From: Eledone cirrhosa
Lineage: Eukaryota
Assembly (NCBI GenBank): GCA_964016885.1
Contig: OZ024741.1
Coordinates: 93,062,001-93,126,000, forward strand
Direction of reading: 5' to 3'
Length of the DNA: 64,000 bases
Numbering within the stretch: the first letter of the stretch is position 1; each line of letters begins with the position of its first letter. The notes below the pieces were generated by a model. The model saw only the letters and a program-made list of their open reading frames with translations. It was not told the origin of the DNA and did not search any database. Below, in pieces: positions 56,304-64,000 of the stretch. The position numbers and the translations under genes are program-made.

Positions 56304-58520
56304 TGGTTATACTTGGGGAGGGTCATATTTGTGTAATATTGCCAGAATTGATAACAGAACACACTCACTGTTTGGTTGGTTTTCGCTTCTCGCTGTCTTT
56401 TATATCTGTAATCTAGCTTACTCGGTCCTCAATGTTGCCATTGACTGACCGATGGTGAAAAAATATTACAAATACAATATAGACATAAACACATATATAT
56501 AGTGTACATAATTTACATAAATCTTTCGTTGCACATCTGCAACATCGTCAGTGGTGTTATATTTTTTCCTCCTGTTGTGTTGTATGTCTACGCCATTTTT
56601 TATTCAGTCTGTCTATATATTTATTTATTTATTTGCTTCTTTGTTTATTTTGTCTTCTTTGCGCATGCGTTTGTGTGTGTGTATAGTGCTATGTGTGCTG
56701 TGTGACTAGTGTGTATAGTGCTGTGTTTGCTGGGTGACTAGTGTGTTTATGTGCTTGTTGTTATTGTGCTTGTGTATGTATTTATTTATCTTATTTTATT
56801 TACTTATTTATACTTCTCTTAGGTCAGTGTTGTTTGTTTGGGTGTTGTTGTTGTTGTTCCACTCATTCTTTCTGTTTAGCTTTGGTCTTCTAATTTCTAT
56901 TTCACTGGCCTCTCTGATTTGCCTATCTGCTGGGTCATTCCTATGTTTAGATATTATTCTAATTTCTATGTTGTCTATGTTACCGTCATGTTGTCGTGCA
57001 TGTTCGTATAGTACTGACCCGTTTTTTCGTCCTTTTAGTTCCCCCCAGTGTTGGTCTATCCTTTCACCTATGCTACGAGCTGTCTCACCTATGTATGTTG
57101 TTGTCATGTTTCTGCAAGTACCCTCTGTACATCTTATGCTATAGACTACGTTTCTAGTTTTACAGTTTATCCGGGGGTTCACCTTACATATGATACATTT
57201 CCTATTGGTACAGTGGGTTTTCTTAAAAGGGTAGGTTTTGCTGATCAGGGATTTTACGGTGGTTCCTGGCTTTCCTACCACCTTTATTTTTAAGTGGGTC
57301 CTTCTCAGGGCCTTTCTACACTGGTTAGCTAATTTCCCTCCAGGGGTGGCGTCCACAAACATGACACTCTGGTATCTTTGGTTGTCGTACCATGATGTGG
57401 CTTTCCCTATCTTATGTCTAGCCCTATCTAAGCTATTCCATGATTTGCTCCTGTATAGTGGGCAAATTCCTTTCATGTCCAGTTCTATGAGGGTCTTATA
57501 CTTTTCCATGGCTCCTTCGTATACTCTGACTCTGTCTCTTTGGTTGTAGCCAGAGAACTGCATGCGGTTGATGAAGTATTGGATGTGTCTTTCCATTTCT
57601 GTTGGGTCGCACATGCTGGACACATTCTTCATCACTCGTACCAAATCTGCGATCAGAATATTAAACTTAGCACTACTGGACATTGCTGAGTTTTTGAGTA
57701 TCAGGTATTTGGAGGCCATGGGTTTAGCATAGTGTGGTTGGAGAATTTGGGCTCTCTCGTCTATAGTGTTAATCCAGAGTTCTGTGTCTAATACAGGTAG
57801 TCTATTGTTAGGGTGTTTGGAAGGGAAGTCGATAGTTACAGTTATACTCTGGTGTATGGAATTAGCTATCTGCTGGATGCTTTCCATCGTGCTACGTTCT
57901 AAATCAAACTTGTTAGTGCTCTCTAGTGGGGGTGTTCTTATAACTATATTGATATCGTCTACATAACGAGAGTACATGATGAGGTCTATGGAGCTTTCAT
58001 TAAGGAGATCTTTAAGTCTCCTTTCCCACCATACCATGAAAAGGTTGGCAACATCACCAGCTATGCTGACGCCGATGGCTGCTCCCTCATTTTGGGTGTA
58101 GATTTTCTCATTGAACTTAAATATGTGGCCCTTTAGGGTAGTTTTGATACTAGCCCCTATTGCATGTGCGACCATTTTTCTTACCTGATCATTGTTTTGG
58201 GGGGTCCGTATAGCTTTGGTCCACCCAATCCACCTTCCCATGGGAGTCTTTTTTGCATTGAGGTTATGGTGGGGGGTCTACCTCTTATGGGTCTACTAGG
58301 GCAGAAACATCTAAGGTCATGGCTGTCTAGGTAGTCAGTGTCGTAGGTAAGTCTAAGTAGGAGGCCCAGTTCGTCTGTGTCGAAGTCGCAGAACTCCACC
58401 TCACTCTCAATGATCATCTCCACACATCTTTTCACAGCAAAATCAATGTTAATGGATGGGTACAGTGACACCACATCCATGCTGCCTATTATGCAGTTGG
58501 ATAGGCTCCTGTTTTTGTTG
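56304..58520 (-). mobile_element. 5'-truncated Penelope-like element (RT, GIY-YIG, pLTR), related to 22022-23720; frameshift near 58240
   Basis: [12 protein letters not shown]; ORF 56808-58241 with SRYVDD and VVYSIRC..YIGETARS. Confidence 0.93.
56512..56557 (-). ncRNA. Minimal hammerhead in the PLE pLTR (weak helix I)
   Basis: ca-CTGACGA-t-gttgca(gatg)tgcaac-GAAA-gatt-TA^-tg; same position in the pLTR as the 23520 motif. Confidence 0.75.
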
Positions 58521-58618
58521 TATATGTATACATATATATATATATATATATACATATATATATAAATATGTATATATATATATGTATATATATATGTATA
58601 TATATGTATATATATATG

Positions 58619-58671
<53 letters not shown>

Positions 58672-58698
58672 GTATATATATGTATATGTATATATATG

Positions 58699-58729
<31 letters not shown>

Positions 58730-58784
58730 GTATATATATGTATATATATATATATATATGTATATATATGTATATATATACATG

Positions 58785-58831
<47 letters not shown>

Positions 58832-58860
58832 GTATATATATATATGTATATATATATATG

Positions 58861-58929
<69 letters not shown>

Positions 58930-59020
58930 GTATATATATATATGTATATATATATATATGTATATATATGTATATATATATATATGTATATGTATATATA
59001 TGTATATATATATATATGTA
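58521..59020. repeat. (TA)n-derived tract, unit (ta)n-tg
   Basis: Directly visible; same variant at 61340-61730. Confidence 0.97.
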
Positions 59021-61339
59021 TCATCATCATCATCATCAACGTTTAACGTCCGTGTTCCACGCTTGCATGGGTTTGGACGGGGGTAGTCCCACTTGAGGCA
59101 AGAGTGATTGTCTTGCTCGCATAGGACTGTCTGGCAGGTTTTCTACAGTTGGATGCCCTTCCTAACACCAACCACATTTACAGTGTGGGTCTGGGAGGTT
59201 TTTACCGTGTTGCCTACACGGCCACATTACAGCGTGGACTGTGTGTTTTTTTGTCGTGACACCTACACGATCTCATTTGTTTCGGCCTCGAAGGCGCGGC
59301 ACCAACATAACTTTACATAAAACGGGGTGGTGTGGATCGGGTGGGGGTGGGGGTGGTGGGACGGGGTGTATTTTGTTAGAGATGCCTACTGGCTGGAGTA
59401 GGTTTTACTATATATTTAGGTAAGGCGGGTCTTCTCTGTTACTGAGTACCGCCAAAGGTCTCGGTCCAGTGACATTGTCTTGGAGAGGTGTAAGTGTGTG
59501 ATGTCGGAGTTTATCAGCTCGTCCCAGGTTTTTCTAGGTCTGCCTATTCCGTGACTACCGTCTATCTTTATTGCCCTGCACTTTGTTATACAGCTATCGA
59601 CTTTCATGCGCATCACGTGTCCATACCAACGTAGCCTTCTCTCGAGTAAACAACATCTGATCCCTCTTATCTCTAATTTTTTCCTTAGTTCGTTTATGCT
59701 TTGCCGTTCACGTATATTACTGTTACACATCCAGCGGAGCATGCAAGCTTCGTTCCTCTCTAGTCTGCGTATATCCTCTGCACACAATGCCCAGGTCTCA
59801 CTGCCATGCAGCATTGCTGTTCGTATGCAGGCATCGTACAACCTGCCTTTCATTTTTAGTGAGAACCCTTTAGCAGCTAATAGTGGTATAAGCTCTCTGA
59901 ACTTTTTCCAACCAGTTCTGACTCTAGCTACAGTACTTTCAGAGCACCCTCCCCCACTGCTGATTTTATCGCCCAGGTAACGGAAGCTGTCCACTATTTC
60001 TATAGAACCCTCTGCGCAATTGAAAGAGCTAGTAGTTTGTGGGCACTTGCTGCTACTTATTGCACCAGAGCACCGGCCACATGTAAAATCTATGTTCTTA
60101 GTTAGCTTACCTGTGATCCCACTACATCTTTTATGCACCCATACTTTGCATTTAGGACATAAAATGGAGTTTCTACCTACGCCTTTCCTACACACCGAGC
60201 ACGACCATTTCCCAGAAGGGACCGCCGCCTTGTTTTCTTTCCTACAAACTAGTACTTTGGTCTTAGCCAGGTTAATTTTAAGTCCTTTTGACTCTAGGCC
60301 GTGCTTCCATGTTTGGAATTTCTTCTCTAGCTCGGCCATTGATTCCGCTATGAGTGTCAGGTCGTCTGCGTATAGGAGTTCCCATGGGCAGCCTGTCTTG
60401 AACTCCTCTGTTATAGCCTGAAGGGCAATAATAAATAGTAGTGGACTGAGAACAGAGCCCTGATGGACGCCAACTTTTACGCTAAACTCTTCACTATATT
60501 CGTTGTTAATTCTAACCTTGCTGACTGTTTCTTTATACATGGCTTGTATAGCCCTCACAAGCCATTCGTCAACGCCTAGTTTTCTAAGAGCCCACCAGAT
60601 AATGGAGCGGGGGACTCTGTCGAAGGCTTTCTCCAAGTCGACAAAAGCTAAGTAGAGGGGTTTACCTTTAGCTAGGTACTTCTCCTGTAGTTGTCGTACT
60701 ATGAAAAGAGCGTCTGTGGTACTTTTGCCTGACACAAACCCGAACTGCATTTCATCTAGGTCAATTCTCTCTCTGATTAGTTGCGCTATTACTCTTTCCG
60801 TGACCTTCATGACCTGGTCGATTAATTTAATGCCTCTATAGTTACTCCTATCTAGGGCGTCTCCTTTACCCTTATAACAGTTAACGATGATGCTGCTATG
60901 CCAGTCCTTCGGAACAACCCCATTCTGTACGACTTGGTTAACTATGCGGGTGACCATGGTGTGTCCCACCGTGCCAGATGCCTTCAGCATCTCAGCAACT
61001 ATTTCCGAAGGCCCAGCCGCCTTACCAGTCTTCATATCCTTGATTGCCTTACTTATTATACTCCCCTCGACTAACACTGCTGGTCCCTCTATTGGGTCGA
61101 TATGGGGGAGACTGCCTTTCTCCCAATTATTCTCCTCATTTAGAAGCCTTTCATAGTGACACTTCCAAGCTACCTTCTTATCAGCGTCGGTGATGGCAAG
61201 TGTGCCATCGTCGTTTAGTACACACTTCTCCCCGACAATATCACGGTTTTCCTTGACGCATTGCCTAGCAATCCTGAACACCTCACGTTTTTGGTCATCG
61301 CGTTGTAGAACATGCTTGAACTTTCTTTCCTCAGCTTCC
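59021..61339 (-). mobile_element. 5'-truncated RTE LINE with intact RT half
   Basis: ORF 59416-61281, 621 aa. Confidence 0.96.
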
Positions 61340-61536
61340 GTATATATGTATATATATATATATGTATGTATATGTATATATATATATATATGTATATATG
61401 TATATATATATATATGTATATATGTATATATATATATATGTATATATGTATATATATATATGTATATATGTATATATATATATGTATATATGTATATATA
61501 TATATGTATATATGTATATATATATATGTATATAAG

Positions 61537-61571
<35 letters not shown>

Positions 61572-61590
61572 ATATATATATGTATATATG

Positions 61591-61661
<71 letters not shown>

Positions 61662-61698
61662 GTATATATATGTATATATATATATATGTATATATATG

Positions 61699-61730
<32 letters not shown>

Positions 61731-64000
61731 AGCGTAGTTTTAATAATTATGGCTTTAAGACATATAGGAGCCCCCCGCATAATAGCCTATTGGATAATTT
61801 CGAAAGTGAGCTATTATCCCTTGTTAGGAATATTAGGTATAAAAAATCTAGATGTACCAATAAATTTCAGAGTAAACTAAGTTCCATCGTTAGGGACTTT
61901 AGGGATAATAAATCCATTCTGGTCCCCTCTGACAAAACTAAAAACTTGTATAGTATGGATTATAAAACCTATCGCGGCTTCATTTATAATGAACTACATA
62001 GGAACTACAAAAAAACAACGCAGAGTAATTTAGATAATATTAATCTGGAGGGGTATAACATAGTGGTAAAATTAGGTCTAGATAAACACACTCAACCATA
62101 TTACCCCAAGCAGCCTAGATTCACCCTCAAGGACCATAAGGAAAATTTTATTAGCAGACCCTCAGTTAGGCTTATCTGCCCCTCCAAGTCTGATCTGGGG
62201 ATTATTAGTAAGGGAATCCTAGATAGCGTTATTCCCCTGGTTAGAGAAAAAACTTTCCTTGAGCTTTGGGGTAACACTAGTGAAGTCATTAGGTGGTTCT
62301 CTACGGATTGTGGTCGTGACTCACTCAGGTTCATCCAATTTGATATTGATGCTTATTATACATCTATATCTCCTATTATCCTCAATAAGGCCCTTATCCT
62401 AGCCATGCAGAGAGGGGCAATTACACGGCCACAGATAGATATTGTTCTCGCTGCACGTAAAACCATTATCATGTTTGAGGATAATCTATGGACGAGAAAA
62501 AAAACACCGGATAATTTTGACATTACTATGGAGTCAAGTGATTCTGCTCAGGTCACTGACTTAGTTGGGCTATACCTTCTCAATGAACTACATAGTAACT
62601 TCCCATTCCTTAGGGGTGGGTTGTGCCGGGATGACGCCCTACTCTCCATAGATACTAGTAAGTATAATATAGTGCGCATTAGGACAAAGCTGCATAGTTT
62701 CTTTAAAACCTTTAATCTGTCCATTACTATGGATATAAATGATAGAACTGTTAACTTCCTTGATGTTACATTAGACTTGGATAACCATACGTACACACCG
62801 TACCATAAGCCTAATGAATTGCTGACTTACGTGATTACCAACTCTAACCACCCTAGGTCGGTCATCAGTGGTATATTGAAGGGCGTATCTAACAGAATAA
62901 GTTCACTCTCACATAGCGAAGAGGCGTTTAACTCGCAGGCTGATTACTATAATGATGCCTTAGCTAGATCCGGCTTTAGGGACAAATTGCATTATACCCA
63001 GGGAAATAATAGTCCTAATAGTAGCTCTACCAGTGTTGTTATAACACATAATATGTCCATTGGTAATAGAGGTGTCTCGAATAGGAGGGTTCTAAATGCC
63101 GGTGAAATGAACCAGCAGGGTACCATTAGTCTAAGTAATAGCAATGGTAGGCCTCGCAGCTCCCCGCATAAATTAGGTGAACATAGTAACCATAGAAATA
63201 ATAATATTAATAATAATAATAATAATAATAATGATGGAAATAAAAAGAATAGAAGAAGATTGAATACATATTTCAACCCCCCTTTTAACTCTGAAGTGGC
63301 TATAAATATTCCTAGGGCCTTCTTCTCTGTGTTAGAAAGGAACTTCCCTCCTGGTAATAGGTACCACTCTATCCTCAATAAGAATGTTGTTAAACTTTCG
63401 TATTCTACAACCCAAAATCTGGCCTCTCATCTAGCCAATACTAATAATAGGAAAATTAAGGAAGGCCTGGACAACCTAAGCCTAGGGGAAAACACGGTAG
63501 TGGACAGAGGGAGCCTGGACACACGTGGTCAGCAAGCTGGTGATCATTCTGAGAATAGCATCACCAGAAATTGTAACTGTAGAAGGGCTTCGGGCTGCCC
63601 CCTGAATGGTTTCTGCCTTATTAGAAACATAGTTTACGCGTGTAATGTGGTAACTACGGCGTCCACTAAAACTTATATAGGATCAACTTCCACCCCCTTT
63701 AAGACCAGGTTTAACTCTCACCAGTGCACTTTTAGACACAATAAACTGAGGAATTCCACCTCCTTGGCAGCGTACGTCCACAATTTAAAAAATGCACAAA
63801 CACATTACACCCTCACTTGGCGGCAGGTTGCTAAATCCCATCCATATACTCCTCATAATAGAGTATGTAACCTATGCCTTGCTGAATCCCACTCTATTAT
63901 ATTTGCTAAATGCTCTCTACTAAACAGAAAGTCAGAAATATTTTCCTCTTGCCCCCACCGAATATTAAGCTCTTTCTTCTACTTTAAACCTATTAGCTAG
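61731..64000 (+). mobile_element. Penelope-like element ORF (RT, CxC linker, GIY-YIG) of a second PLE clade, possibly Hydra-like; 3' UTR lies outside the window
   Basis: [48 protein letters not shown]...[11 protein letters not shown]...YIGST...[27 protein letters not shown] in place of YxDD suggests a defective RT. Confidence 0.88.

Overview
A eukaryotic window with no convincing host gene, made almost entirely of mobile DNA. It is probably from an octopus/cephalopod, inferred from two tRNA-derived SINEs that resemble octopus SINEs as I recall them. Bases 1-19.9 kb are older debris: RTE LINEs, SINEs, mariner, a gypsy LTR with gag remnant, MULE, Helitron, and piggyBac carrying a nested hAT MITE. 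At 19.94-22.03 kb lie three head-to-tail copies of a sequence whose minus-strand translation aligns by eye with the C-terminal half of a rhabdovirus glycoprotein G. This endogenous viral element is fused by microhomology to a 5'-truncated Penelope-like element (PLE). From about 23.7 kb to the end, young RTE LINEs, CR1-group LINEs and PLEs are separated only by (TA)n-derived tracts. Further observations: five hammerhead-ribozyme cores (some variant) at PLE-type 3' ends; two LINE families whose ORF1 combines a Myb/SANT-like domain with CCCH fingers; a retrovirus-type U UUU UUA -1 frameshift site joining ORF1 to ORF2 in one of them; a PHD finger inside the RTE reverse transcriptase; a 7-kb tandem duplication; and a strong minus-strand bias (about 27 of 33 oriented inserts). 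All assignments come from motif recognition by eye; no database searches were run.
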